Of a DNA stretch of 64,000 bases, positions 9,184 to 18,604 are shown one piece after another (within the stretch, counting starts at the first letter, position 1; the number at the start of each line of letters is the position of its first letter). This DNA is from Planctomycetales bacterium. Its GTDB lineage: Bacteria > 4484-113 > JAFGCY01. The notes under the pieces are model-generated. The model saw only the letters and a program-made list of their open reading frames with translations, did no database searches and was not told the DNA's origin. The translations under genes were made by a program, and so were the position numbers. The DNA lies in contig CP060262.1 in the NCBI GenBank assembly GCA_022646745.1, positions 1,495,149-1,559,148 of the forward strand, given 5' to 3'.

Positions 9184-11883
9184 ATGGAATCAAACAAGAA
9201 CAGATTTGGCCTGCTGGCCACGGGACTGCTGTGCCTGGCAGCTGCTTCCTGCGGTGGAGGTGGCGCTGCCCCCAGCGGCAACACGCCCGACCCGACTCCC
9301 CCCGATGTCCGGCGCGAGCTGGAGTCGCGGCTGGATGCGGAGTTCTCCCGGCTGGGGCTGGAGCCCTTGTCCGTGGAGCATGCCGCGCCGACGGCCCCGC
9401 ATGCGAGTGTGTTTGACATGGTGGCGGAGCAGACCCGCGCTGACGGTTCGGATTACACGATCCTGCTGTCCTGGACGGAGGTACTGGCCGGTGACGCCGA
9501 CCTGAGCGGCACCGTCGATAAGGCTGACCTGGATGCGATCGAGGCAAATCATGCCGGGTCCGTCAGCTACCGTGACCCGCGGGTATACCACGGCGAGCAG
9601 GGCTGGCCGCAGGGCTACTGGTGGGATGACCAGGGCCGTGACATCCCGCCGGCGGACAGTGGAGCTGCCAACTGGCGGATGGCGCGGGTTGATGCCAACC
9701 GGGATGGGACCATCTCCGAAGCTGACGTGCAGGTGATTGCGGAGAACTGGCATTCCCGCATCAGCGCATATGTCATTGAATGGCAGCAGCCCGGCGAGTC
9801 AGGCTTCAGCCAGTTGCCAAACCCGGTTGACGACAGCATGCCGTTCACGGTCTGGCGCAGCGCCGCCTTCCCCGAGGGCAGCCAGGTGGCGGACCCCTAC
9901 CGGCCGGTGCGCTATTACTTCGAGCTGCAGGTGCCACAGGCCGGGCAGTACAGCTTCCGCGTCCGGCCCTTTGACGAACTGAGCGGGACAGCGGGCGATG
10001 CTGGCAATCTTGCCAGTGTCTCCGCGGGTGGGCCGAGTGTGATGCTCGACGGCAGCGAGCTGCCGTCTGAACTGAGCCTCGCGGCACCCGGTGAGTGGCG
10101 CTTCGATGCATCCGGCAGCAGTGCGGAGGCCGGGATCGCGGCCTACGACTGGGACCTGGATGGCAACGGAAGCTTTGAAACCTCAAGTGGGGCAGCACCG
10201 ACGGTGGACCACAGTTTCGGCGGCAGCGGGGCCTGGCGGGTCAGCGTGCGCGTGACTGACGGCAATGGGCTTGCCAACGTGGCGAGCCGCGTGGTCTATG
10301 TGGAACCGGTGCAGCAGATGCGCCCGGCGGCCTACAAGGTGCGGATGTCGGATGGAGTCCGCCTGTCAACGCATGTCTACCTGCCGCAGTCCGGCAGCGG
10401 GCCCTGGCCGGTGATGCTGGTCCGCACACCCTATGGCAAGGACCCCTCGGTCTACCTGCCGCTGGCGGAGGAGATGAACAATGCCGGCTACGCACTGGTG
10501 ACGCAGGACATGCGCGGCCGCTATGAAAGCGAGGGCGAGCTGTCCATCCCGCTGGAAGGGGAGGACATGCTCGAGCCGCGCGACGGCGTTGACACATTTG
10601 ACTGGCTCAACACCCAGGAATGGTGCAATGGCAGCATCGGCAGCACCGGCGGCAGCATGCTAGGCATGACCCAGCTCTACTCAGCCCCGCACCATCCGCA
10701 GGGCCTGAAGGGCCAGTTCATCGGCGTGGCCCCGGCTTCGATGTACCACCAGTTCGTCTATGTCGGCGGCGCCTTCCGCCAGATGCAGATGGAGCAGTGG
10801 GTTGACATCGCGGGCTTTGACCCGCAGAGCCTGGAGATCTGGCGCGCACACCCGGAGTATGATGAATACTGGGAGCAGTTCAACATTGCCAACACCGCGG
10901 CGGACGTGCAGGTGCCCGGCATGCACTACGGCGGCTGGTTCGACACATTCAGCCAGGGTACGATTGACAGCTGGAGCATCCGCCAGAAGCAGGGCGGGCA
11001 GGGGGCACGCGGCCGGCAGTGGCTGGTGATGGGGCCCTGGGGCCACGGTACCGAATACAACAGGAAGCAGGGCGAGATCGAGTTCCCGGAGAATGCGATC
11101 AAGCCGCCGGACTACCCCTACCCGATGTTCATGGACCACTTCGTGCTCGGCACGGACACCGGGCTGCTGGAGCGGCCCTTCGTGACCTACTACCGCATGG
11201 GGGCCATCGCTGAGGAAGGAGCTCCCGGCAATGACTGGCAGTTCGCCGACGACTGGCCGGTGCCCCACAGCGTTGCCAGTTACTACCTGCATGCTGACGG
11301 CAGCCTGTCAACGCAGGCACCGCTGGAGCCGGAGACGATGCAGTGGAGCTTTGACCCGTCCGATCCGACCCCGACCGTCGGCGGGCGCAACCTGTATGAA
11401 CCGAAGGGCATGTTCGACCAGCGCAGCATCGAGGGACGCAGTGACAACCTGCTGTTCACGACCGATCCGCTGGCGCAGCCGCTTGAGGTGACGGGACGCG
11501 TACTGGCTAAGCTGTTCGTGGCCAGTGATGCTGTGGATACTGATGTGGCTGTGCGCCTGAGTGATGTGTACCCGGACGGCCGCAGCATCCTGCTGCTGGA
11601 TGGCATCCTGCGCCTGCGTTACCGCAATGGCTTCAGCCAGGCGGTGCTGCTGGTGCCGGATGAACGCACGGAGGTGGAGGTCGACCTGTGGAGCACGAGC
11701 TATGTGTTCAACAGCGGGCACCGCATCCGGCTGGCACTGACATCAAGCAACCATGCGCGCTGGGACCTGAACCCCGGCACGGGAGAGGTCTGGGTGGATG
11801 GTGGCGAGTACGTGGTGCAGGAAAACACTGTCTATTTCGGCCCGCAGCAGGCATCCGCGCTGCTGCTGCCGGTGGTGCAGTAG
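9184..11883 (+). CDS. lipoprotein: dockerin-like repeats + PKD-like domain + CocE/NonD family (S15 X-Pro dipeptidyl-peptidase-like) hydrolase
   Basis: Lipobox LAAASC. Two D-x-N/D-x-D-G-x-I/V dockerin-like repeats (GDADLSGTVDKADLDAIE; DANRDGTISEADVQVI). C-terminal half carries the CocE/NonD signature (VRMSDGVRLSTHVYLP..PWPVMLVRTPYGK..GYALVTQDMRGRYESEG). Confidence 0.7.
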   Translation: MESNKNRFGLLATGLLCLAAASCGGGGAAPSGNTPDPTPPDVRRELESRLDAEFSRLGLEPLSVEHAAPTAPHASVFDMVAEQTRADGSDYTILLSWTEVLAGDADLSGTVDKADLDAIEANHAGSVSYRDPRVYHGEQGWPQGYWWDDQGRDIPPADSGAANWRMARVDANRDGTISEADVQVIAENWHSRISAYVIEWQQPGESGFSQLPNPVDDSMPFTVWRSAAFPEGSQVADPYRPVRYYFELQVPQAGQYSFRVRPFDELSGTAGDAGNLASVSAGGPSVMLDGSELPSELSLAAPGEWRFDASGSSAEAGIAAYDWDLDGNGSFETSSGAAPTVDHSFGGSGAWRVSVRVTDGNGLANVASRVVYVEPVQQMRPAAYKVRMSDGVRLSTHVYLPQSGSGPWPVMLVRTPYGKDPSVYLPLAEEMNNAGYALVTQDMRGRYESEGELSIPLEGEDMLEPRDGVDTFDWLNTQEWCNGSIGSTGGSMLGMTQLYSAPHHPQGLKGQFIGVAPASMYHQFVYVGGAFRQMQMEQWVDIAGFDPQSLEIWRAHPEYDEYWEQFNIANTAADVQVPGMHYGGWFDTFSQGTIDSWSIRQKQGGQGARGRQWLVMGPWGHGTEYNRKQGEIEFPENAIKPPDYPYPMFMDHFVLGTDTGLLERPFVTYYRMGAIAEEGAPGNDWQFADDWPVPHSVASYYLHADGSLSTQAPLEPETMQWSFDPSDPTPTVGGRNLYEPKGMFDQRSIEGRSDNLLFTTDPLAQPLEVTGRVLAKLFVASDAVDTDVAVRLSDVYPDGRSILLLDGILRLRYRNGFSQAVLLVPDERTEVEVDLWSTSYVFNSGHRIRLALTSSNHARWDLNPGTGEVWVDGGEYVVQENTVYFGPQQASALLLPVVQ

Positions 11884-11955
11884 CCATTTCCAGCACCTGC
11901 CGCTGATTGGCAAACCGTCCGCAATTGAAGGGTGTACGCGCCGGTATTGCATAAT

Positions 11956-13218
11956 ATGCACATGCTTCCAATGGCGGCCATGCTGCTCAAATCCACGCAG
12001 ATGCAGGAGATTGCTAAGTCGATCGGCGAACTCGGTGATGACTTCCACCGCACGATCAACAAGACAATCCCGTTAGCCACCACAGAAACAGAGTTCGTCG
12101 GAGTGAACCTGGCGGAGCTGCTGTACGGCATCGGCGGCATCATTCTGGCGCTGGCACTGCGCTGGTTCCTGGTCTGGGTCGTCGGCCGGATCCTGCACAG
12201 GATCAGCCCGAGCAGCTCATCGGACTGGCAGCACAGCATCTGGGTGCTGCTGATGCGCTATCTGAGCTCCGCGATAGTGCTGTTTGCTCTGTTCTATGCC
12301 TTCGCCGTTATCGAACTGCCACGGCGCCCGGTCAACTGGGAGCTTTGGCTTTGGCAGGTCTACCTGAGCTGCGCGCTGGCCTATGCCGGCTGGCTGCTGG
12401 TGAAGACGGTTGAGTTCATCATCCGCTCCCTGGCGCACAGGGCCAGTGCCGGAGGTCGCAATGACCAGCTCCAGCTGCTCGCTCTGGTGCGGGACCTGAT
12501 GCGGGTCGCGGTGATCATCATCGCCGTGATCTTCGGCGTGCAGGTCTGGGGCTACAACGCCACCACCCTGCTGGCCGGTGTCGGTATCGGTGGTCTGGCG
12601 GTGGCCTTCGCAGCCCAGGACTTCATCGCCAACATCCTCGGCACGATGGTGGTCTGGAGTGACCGGCCGTACAAGGTCGGCGACCACGTGATCATCGACG
12701 GTGTGGAGGGCGTGGTGGAGGACATCGGCGTGCGTTCCACGCGCATCCGGATGTTCGACCGCACTCTGGTCAGCGTGCCGAACAAGGCCGCTGCCAACGA
12801 AAAGGTCTACAATCTCGCGGCGATCAACAAGCGCCGCATCCGCTTCACGATTGGGCTGGTCTACGACACCACGCCGGAGGAGATCCAGCAGGCGATCGAC
12901 GCCGTGCTGGAGATCATCTCCGCCAATGAGGAGATCGAGGCCGAGACATTCTGGGCCTGGTTCACGGAGTTCAATGCCTACAGCCAGGACATCCTGATCC
13001 AGTGCTTCACCAGGAGCAATGACTTCCAGGACTTCATGCGCATCCGCCACGGGCTGCTGCTGGACATCAGGCGCGCCTTCAACCGGATGGGCCTCGAGTT
13101 CGCCTTCCCGACCCAGGTCGAGTACCAGCTTGAACCGCGGCCGGCCGCACCTCCGCCAGCTCCGCCGAAGAAGGGTGGCGGCAGGAAGGAGGAAGCCAAA
13201 CCGAAGGAGGCTGACTGA
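11956..13218 (+). CDS. mechanosensitive ion channel, MscS family (paralogue 2)
   Basis: GVGIGGLAVAFAAQDFIANILG..RPYKVGDHVIIDGVEGVVEDIGVRSTRIR. The track starts at GTG 11932. First ATG is at 11956; other in-frame ATGs lie at 11962, 11971 and 11980. Confidence 0.75.
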   Translation: MHMLPMAAMLLKSTQMQEIAKSIGELGDDFHRTINKTIPLATTETEFVGVNLAELLYGIGGIILALALRWFLVWVVGRILHRISPSSSSDWQHSIWVLLMRYLSSAIVLFALFYAFAVIELPRRPVNWELWLWQVYLSCALAYAGWLLVKTVEFIIRSLAHRASAGGRNDQLQLLALVRDLMRVAVIIIAVIFGVQVWGYNATTLLAGVGIGGLAVAFAAQDFIANILGTMVVWSDRPYKVGDHVIIDGVEGVVEDIGVRSTRIRMFDRTLVSVPNKAAANEKVYNLAAINKRRIRFTIGLVYDTTPEEIQQAIDAVLEIISANEEIEAETFWAWFTEFNAYSQDILIQCFTRSNDFQDFMRIRHGLLLDIRRAFNRMGLEFAFPTQVEYQLEPRPAAPPPAPPKKGGGRKEEAKPKEAD

Positions 13219-14447
13219 TGCTGCAGCAGGAAACAACAAGCGCCACGCCTGATGTGGCTGCCGACTCGATCAATGCCGTCAGCGAGGCGATCAGCCAGTA
13301 CGGAGAGGCCCTGCGGTCCTGGATGGGGAACTGGCTGCCGCTCAGTGACCCGGCCGCCGGTGGGATCAGCCTGACGAACGTTGCCATCGTGATCGGTCTG
13401 CTGCTGCTGATGCTGCTGGTGCGGCTCGTGCTGCTGAAGGGTGCGGCGCGGGTGCTGGATGTTGACGACGAGGGCGAGATGGAGCAGCGGCCCTTCGCAG
13501 CGATCGTGTTCAAGCTGATCGGCGATGTGCTGCTGCTGCTGGCGATCTTCGTCGGCGTGACCCTGCTCAACCTGCCGCAGAAGCCGTTGGACTGGAACAT
13601 CTTCGCCCTGCGCGGCTGGATGACCGTTGCACTGGTGTTCGCATCGCAGCTGGTCTACACGCTGCTGTCCCTGCAGATCCGCCTGATCGGGCGCACGCGC
13701 TTCGCGAAGGAGCACAATGAGCTGTACAAGCAGCTCAGGCCGCTCCTGAATGATGCGCTGAAGATCACGATCGGTGTGTTCGCCGCGGTGCTGCTGATAC
13801 AGATCTGGGGATACAACGCCGGCGCGCTGCTGGCCGGACTGGGCATCGGCGGTCTGGCCTTCGCGTTCGCCGCCCAGAACAGCATTGCCAACATCTTCGG
13901 CACGGTGGTGATCTTCGCCGACCGGCCATACAAGGTGGGCGACTTCATCCGCATCGGTGACACCGAGGGCTTCGTGGAGAAGATCGGCGTGCGCTCCACG
14001 CGCATCCGCCAGCTGGACTCGAACATCGTCACGGTGCCGAATGCGACGATCGCCGACACGGAGATCATCAACATCACCGAAAGCCCGATGCGCAACATCC
14101 GCTTCGCCGTCGGGCTGCTCTACAGCCACGACGCTGAGATGCTGGAACGGGCGCTGGCCGAGATACGCGAGATCTGCCGGACGCATGAGGGCCTCGTGCG
14201 TGACCTGGGCTGGGTGCACTTCGACCAGTTCGGCGCATCATCGCAGGACATCCTGATCAATGTGTTCGCAGATACAACAGACATGCCCCGCTACATGGCG
14301 ATCAAGGAGGGCCTGCTGCTGAAGGTGCGCCGTGCGATGGACAGCATCGGTGCCGGCTTCGCCTTCCCGAGCCGCAGTATCTACCTTGAGGACAGCCCGG
14401 GGCTGGACCGCATCACCATGGCTGAGCGGACTCGCGCAGGGGGCTGA
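13218..14447 (+). CDS. mechanosensitive ion channel, MscS family (paralogue 3)
   Basis: GLGIGGLAFAFAAQNSIANIFG..RPYKVGDFIRIGDTEGFVEKIGVRSTRIR. SD AAGGAGG sits 7 nt upstream. Start overlaps the upstream stop as TGATG. Confidence 0.8.
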   Translation: MLQQETTSATPDVAADSINAVSEAISQYGEALRSWMGNWLPLSDPAAGGISLTNVAIVIGLLLLMLLVRLVLLKGAARVLDVDDEGEMEQRPFAAIVFKLIGDVLLLLAIFVGVTLLNLPQKPLDWNIFALRGWMTVALVFASQLVYTLLSLQIRLIGRTRFAKEHNELYKQLRPLLNDALKITIGVFAAVLLIQIWGYNAGALLAGLGIGGLAFAFAAQNSIANIFGTVVIFADRPYKVGDFIRIGDTEGFVEKIGVRSTRIRQLDSNIVTVPNATIADTEIINITESPMRNIRFAVGLLYSHDAEMLERALAEIREICRTHEGLVRDLGWVHFDQFGASSQDILINVFADTTDMPRYMAIKEGLLLKVRRAMDSIGAGFAFPSRSIYLEDSPGLDRITMAERTRAGG

Positions 14448-14530
14448 GGAAGCGTTCTGGCCAGGGTCCGGGAAACTGAGCGGGACTTGTAATTTCCCCT
14501 GCGTCTGGTTAAGCTGGACTGGGGAGTTTG

Positions 14531-15841
14531 ATGTCCAGACTGAAACGGACCTTGCTGCTTTGGCTGGCAGGCTTTGCAACCTGCCTGTTTGTGCTTTCCT
14601 GCGGCAGCCGGGCGAATGTCAATCCAGATCCCGGTGACGGACCGCAAGCAGTTGCCCCGATGGACCTGCCGGCACCTTCAGCAATCAGGCTGCCCTCCGA
14701 AACCCAGAGCGCTTACCTCAAGCAGGCCACTGATTTCGAGCAGGACCTGCCGTTTCGCAATGTCGGCATGATCGGCGACAGGCTGGGATTCATCCCGGCC
14801 AAGTTCGACCCGATCTCATATGCGCTGTACTGGCTGAACGTGCCGCCCTCCAGCGCAGAGCCGACGGTGCAGTTCGACCCGGGCTTCGACCGGGAGCTGG
14901 CCTGGCTCGGGATTGCCAATTTCTCGACGGACCGCTGGGACTTCGGCCATGGCGAGCAGCTGCAGTACGGCCCACAGCACAGGCAGGCGGGGATGATCCT
15001 CGTGGCTGTGGTCTGCACGAACTATGACGAACTGGAATGGCTGGTGGCCGGCGGCAGCGCGCCACCCTTCGTGAAGAGCGTCAGCCCGCGGGCCATGTCA
15101 GCCGGCACTGTCAACGACTTCCGCGTCAGCTTCACCGATGACCCGGCCCAGAGCTACAGCTGGCAGTTCGGCGGCGGGCTGTCGATCACGCAGTCCAGCC
15201 TGGCCAACCCGAAGTACAGCGTGCTGACACCCGGCGACTACAGCGGCACGCTGACCGTTGCCAACTCCGCCGGCACCGTGGTCCACGACTTCAGCTACAG
15301 CGTGCTGCCCGCCACGCAGTACGAGCCGCTTCACCTGTACGCCGTCCCCTCGAAGAGCATGGTGTTCGCCGGTGAGGAAATCACGGTCTCGATCCGCACC
15401 GGGCTGATCCCGCAGTCCGAGGCGGCCGTGACAGCGCGCGTGGCGCTGCAGTTCCCGACCGGCCTGCAGTATGTTTCCGACAGCTTCAACACCGGCGCAC
15501 CGGGTGGGGAGAAATGGGCAATCGACGGCTTCTGGGCACTGCAGCCGGATGACGACGCATTCTTCCTGAGCTACCCGGACAGCTGGCTGGCGGAAGTGCC
15601 GGGGCCGGGCAGCGGCCTGCAGCACATGGAGATCTCGCTGGCCGCAGCCAAACTCACGCCGCAGTTCGGCAGTGGCGTGCTGTGCAACCTGAAGCTGAAG
15701 TGCAGCGAGCCGGGGACCTATGCACTGTCTTTCCTCGAGGCGACGGATGTGGTTGTCACATCCTTCACGACGATGGAAGGCGAGGTGCTCTGGCACGACA
15801 TTTCAAACGAAGGCCAACCCAGCATCACGGTGCTTCCCTGA
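14531..15841 (+). CDS. hypothetical PKD-domain lipoprotein
   Basis: Lipobox VLSCGS. PKD-like segment (SVSPRAMSAGTVNDFRVSF..YSWQFGGG). ATG at 14531 (the track starts at TTG 14528). Confidence 0.5.
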   Translation: MSRLKRTLLLWLAGFATCLFVLSCGSRANVNPDPGDGPQAVAPMDLPAPSAIRLPSETQSAYLKQATDFEQDLPFRNVGMIGDRLGFIPAKFDPISYALYWLNVPPSSAEPTVQFDPGFDRELAWLGIANFSTDRWDFGHGEQLQYGPQHRQAGMILVAVVCTNYDELEWLVAGGSAPPFVKSVSPRAMSAGTVNDFRVSFTDDPAQSYSWQFGGGLSITQSSLANPKYSVLTPGDYSGTLTVANSAGTVVHDFSYSVLPATQYEPLHLYAVPSKSMVFAGEEITVSIRTGLIPQSEAAVTARVALQFPTGLQYVSDSFNTGAPGGEKWAIDGFWALQPDDDAFFLSYPDSWLAEVPGPGSGLQHMEISLAAAKLTPQFGSGVLCNLKLKCSEPGTYALSFLEATDVVVTSFTTMEGEVLWHDISNEGQPSITVLP

Positions 15842-15845
15842 AGCA

Positions 15846-15935
15846 GCAAACAGGGAACAGGGAACTGGGAACTGGAAGAAAAAGATTGTTGCAATGATGA
15901 TTCGTTCGCTGTTCGCAGTTCCCTGTTCGCCATTT
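15846..15935. terminator. convergent-gene hairpin with tandem GGGAAC(A/T) heptads
   Basis: acagggaacagggaactgggaactgg pairs with downstream cagttccctgttcgc, followed by a T-rich run. Lies between convergent genes that end at 15841 and 15941. Confidence 0.35.
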
Positions 15936-15940
15936 CCGCA

Positions 15941-16795
15941 TCATCCACTGCGCTTCAGCAGCCCCGTGCGCTTGGCATACTTCTCCGCCAGGAGGAAGAT
16001 CAGGTAGCCCAGCGGCAGGAAGATCGCGCCGGTTGCCACCAGCCCCGCCATCTCGTTGCCAAGCTGGCTGAGCGGTGCACCCTCCAGCAGCGCCTTCCTC
16101 TGCGCCGTCAGTGCCCAGTAGGCCGGGCTGGCAATCGCCGCCCCCTGCAGCCATGTGGGCAGCACGCTGATCGGGTAGTACACGCCGCTGATCAGCAGGA
16201 TGATCGCGAGGATGATGTGCGTACCCTGCGCCCCCTTCTCCGGGCTGATCAGCGGCAGCGTGGCCGCGATCAGGCCCAGCCCGACGACTGCGAAACTGCC
16301 GACCACCAGCACCACCAGTGAACTGAGGATGTTGGCATTGCTCAGGTCAATGTGGAAAAACCAGACGAGGAGGCCCATCATCAGGATGATCCTGACAATG
16401 CCGTACAGCACTGCGAATGCACACACGCCGAACAGGTGCGTGAGCCGGTGGATCGGCGCCATGAAGGTGTACTCCAGCGTGCCCTCCCAGCGTTCCCAGG
16501 CGACGGTTTCCGCCACGATGATGAACAGCACTGAGAGATAACTCCACATGATTGCGCCGATCAAGAGGTAGAACACGTAGGGCTGCTTGCCGGCGTAGTC
16601 CGGGGCTGCGCCGCTGGACATGCCGATCAGGCCGATGATCACTGCGTTGATCAGGTTGTAGAACAGCCAGACGATGTCCCAGCCGAGGTAGCGCTTCGTC
16701 AGGTCGATGTCGCGCATGATGAACGCGCGGATCGCCGACAGCTCCCGCATGATGCGGCTGCCGCGGCCCTCGACGCGTTGTTGGTTCACAGACAT
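15941..16795 (-). CDS. ABC-2 type transporter permease
   Basis: Six predicted TM helices of the ABC-2 family type (RAFIMRDIDLTKRYLGWDIVW). Start ATG 16795 has an SD (AAGGAGA, 6-nt spacing). The ORF extends to 16888, but that stretch has no SD. Confidence 0.65.
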   Translation of the reverse strand: MSVNQQRVEGRGSRIMRELSAIRAFIMRDIDLTKRYLGWDIVWLFYNLINAVIIGLIGMSSGAAPDYAGKQPYVFYLLIGAIMWSYLSVLFIIVAETVAWERWEGTLEYTFMAPIHRLTHLFGVCAFAVLYGIVRIILMMGLLVWFFHIDLSNANILSSLVVLVVGSFAVVGLGLIAATLPLISPEKGAQGTHIILAIILLISGVYYPISVLPTWLQGAAIASPAYWALTAQRKALLEGAPLSQLGNEMAGLVATGAIFLPLGYLIFLLAEKYAKRTGLLKRSG

Positions 16796-16925
16796 TGCTT
16801 GTCTCCTTTTGAGGACCTGGGAGCTTGGATCTTGGGTGTAGGGCAGGTGCAATGCCTTGGGTATTGCCCTGGGCACATTGTCGCGCATTGCGCGCCACTG
16901 ATGCCGGTCTGCTACACCTTACAAC

Positions 16926-17468
16926 CTAGCTCCCAGTTCCTTGATTCCATTCCTGGCGCGTGATCGCGTAGTAGGCGACCCCATGCCAGTTGCCACGGCT
17001 GCAGAACTCACAGGGCTTCAGGCCCCTGAGCTGCATGCCGCTCAGTTCCATGCTGCGCCGGGCAGCCCGGTGGCTGTCCAGCGTGTCCCCCCGGACGGTG
17101 CCCAGCGGGTGGTTGCCAAACAGCCAGCCGATCACCAGCCGCTTGGCCTCAACGCCGTATCCCCGCCCGCGCAGCTCCGGGTGGATGCGGGTGCCAAGCG
17201 TTGCCGACATCCTGAACCCGTCGGTGGATTCATAGTACTCGTTGCCGATGTGGCGGCCCGTTGCCAGCTCCTCGATCGCGAAGCAGCCGCGCTCGTCCAT
17301 GAACAGGCCGCTGCCTGCAAAGGCCTGCCTGTCGCGCATGCCCGGCGGGTTGATCGGCCCCCAGAAGGGATTGCCCTCCTTCTGCTCAAGTTGGCGCCAG
17401 GCCCGGTACTCCCCGTAGTCGCGGTAGGGCCTGAGCCGGATCCGCTCTCCGTTGACAATCAACTGCAT
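16926..17468 (-). CDS. GNAT family N-acetyltransferase, RimL/RimJ-like (array member 1)
   Basis: N-terminal IRLRPYRD motif. Core FAIEELATGRHIG. Motif A RGRGYGVEAKRL. C-terminus WNQG. SD AGGAGG. Confidence 0.75.
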   Translation of the reverse strand: MQLIVNGERIRLRPYRDYGEYRAWRQLEQKEGNPFWGPINPPGMRDRQAFAGSGLFMDERGCFAIEELATGRHIGNEYYESTDGFRMSATLGTRIHPELRGRGYGVEAKRLVIGWLFGNHPLGTVRGDTLDSHRAARRSMELSGMQLRGLKPCEFCSRGNWHGVAYYAITRQEWNQGTGS

Positions 17469-17469
17469 T

Positions 17470-18036
17470 TCAGCTGGCCCTCCTGACTGCGTGCCGGTAG
17501 TCCATCGCCGCCCAATCGCTGCGCAGCAGCTGGAAGGACAGCGTGCCTTCCCGCTGGCCATGCCGCCAGTGCACACAGGGCTTCAGCCCGGCCTGCCGCA
17601 TGCCACAGAGCTCCATGCCACGGATGGCGGCTGCATGCGTTGCCACTGTGATCGCGAACAGCGATTCCAGCGGGTAGTTCTCGAACAGGTAGCAGGCCAT
17701 CAGCTGCTTTGCCTCAACACCGTATCCGCGGCCCTGCCAGGCCGGACGGATGAATGTGCCGAGGTATGCGCTGATGCCCGGCAGCACACCCGTGCTGCTT
17801 TCCTCATAGCCAATCAGCGACCCGCTTTCCCGGCAGGCGACGGCGAAGATGTTCATGCCGGACTCGGAGATGTATCCGGCCGGTTCGAACTCCCGGCGCT
17901 GTCCGGCGATTGGCCAGTGGTGCGGTCCCCACTGGTCATTGCCGCACTCCAGTTCCTCGTGCACAAGCGTGAGGTATTCATCGACATCCCTGAACGGCCG
18001 GATAAGTGCCCGCTGGCCTTCATAAACCGTGTACAT
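17470..18036 (-). CDS. GNAT family N-acetyltransferase, RimL/RimJ-like (array member 2)
   Basis: MYTVYEGQRALIRPFRD. QGRGYGVEAKQL. C-terminus WAAMDYRHAVRRAS. SD GGAGGA with 6-nt spacing to ATG 18036 (the track starts at GTG 18042). Confidence 0.8.
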   Translation of the reverse strand: MYTVYEGQRALIRPFRDVDEYLTLVHEELECGNDQWGPHHWPIAGQRREFEPAGYISESGMNIFAVACRESGSLIGYEESSTGVLPGISAYLGTFIRPAWQGRGYGVEAKQLMACYLFENYPLESLFAITVATHAAAIRGMELCGMRQAGLKPCVHWRHGQREGTLSFQLLRSDWAAMDYRHAVRRAS

Positions 18037-18604
18037 GTCCACTCCTCCTTATTCCATGCCGGTAGTCCATCGCTGCCCACTCGCTGCGTGTAAGGTGGTA
18101 ATAGACTACGGCCTCATAGCGGCCCTGCCGGTAATGCACCGCCGGCCGGCAGCCGATGTAATTCATTCCACTCAGTTCCAGCCCACGGCGGGCCGGGGCA
18201 TGCGTTGACAATGTGTCAGCCATGATGCACTGCAAGGGCAAGTTCTCGAACAGCAGGCAGAACATCAGCTGCTTGGCTTCCATCCCGAAGCCGCGCTTCT
18301 GGTGAAGCGGGCGGATGAATGTGCCAACCCAGGCCACGAGGCGTGGCAATGTCAGCGGGCCGACCTCCTCGTAGCCGGCCACTTCGCCGGTGTCCAGCCG
18401 CTCAATACACATCATCAGTGAGCCGTCGGCTGACAGCATGCCATTCTCGTCAAACTGTCTGCGCAATTCATGCCCGCTGTGGTGCATCGGCCCCCAGTGG
18501 GCGTTCGGCTCGGCATGCTCCTCATGCACCAGCTGCAGCATCTCGTCTGCATCCCTGAAGGGCCGCAGCCGGACCAGTTGTCCTTCGTAAACCGTATGCA
18601 TCAT
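18020..18604 (-). CDS. GNAT family N-acetyltransferase, RimL/RimJ-like (array member 3; C-terminal extension overlapping member 2)
   Basis: MMHTVYEGQLVRLRPFRD. KRGFGMEAKQL. C-terminus WAAMDYRHGIRRSGHVHGL extends 6 aa past the family consensus end and overlaps the next gene by about 17-23 nt. Confidence 0.75.
   Translation of the reverse strand: MMHTVYEGQLVRLRPFRDADEMLQLVHEEHAEPNAHWGPMHHSGHELRRQFDENGMLSADGSLMMCIERLDTGEVAGYEEVGPLTLPRLVAWVGTFIRPLHQKRGFGMEAKQLMFCLLFENLPLQCIMADTLSTHAPARRGLELSGMNYIGCRPAVHYRQGRYEAVVYYHLTRSEWAAMDYRHGIRRSGHVHGL

Noticed and set aside
16796-16888. Longer N-terminal extension of the ABC-2 permease (the track starts at 16888).
   Set aside because: No SD precedes 16888. 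The ATG at 16795 has AAGGAGA at optimal spacing and gives a typical ABC-2 N-terminus.
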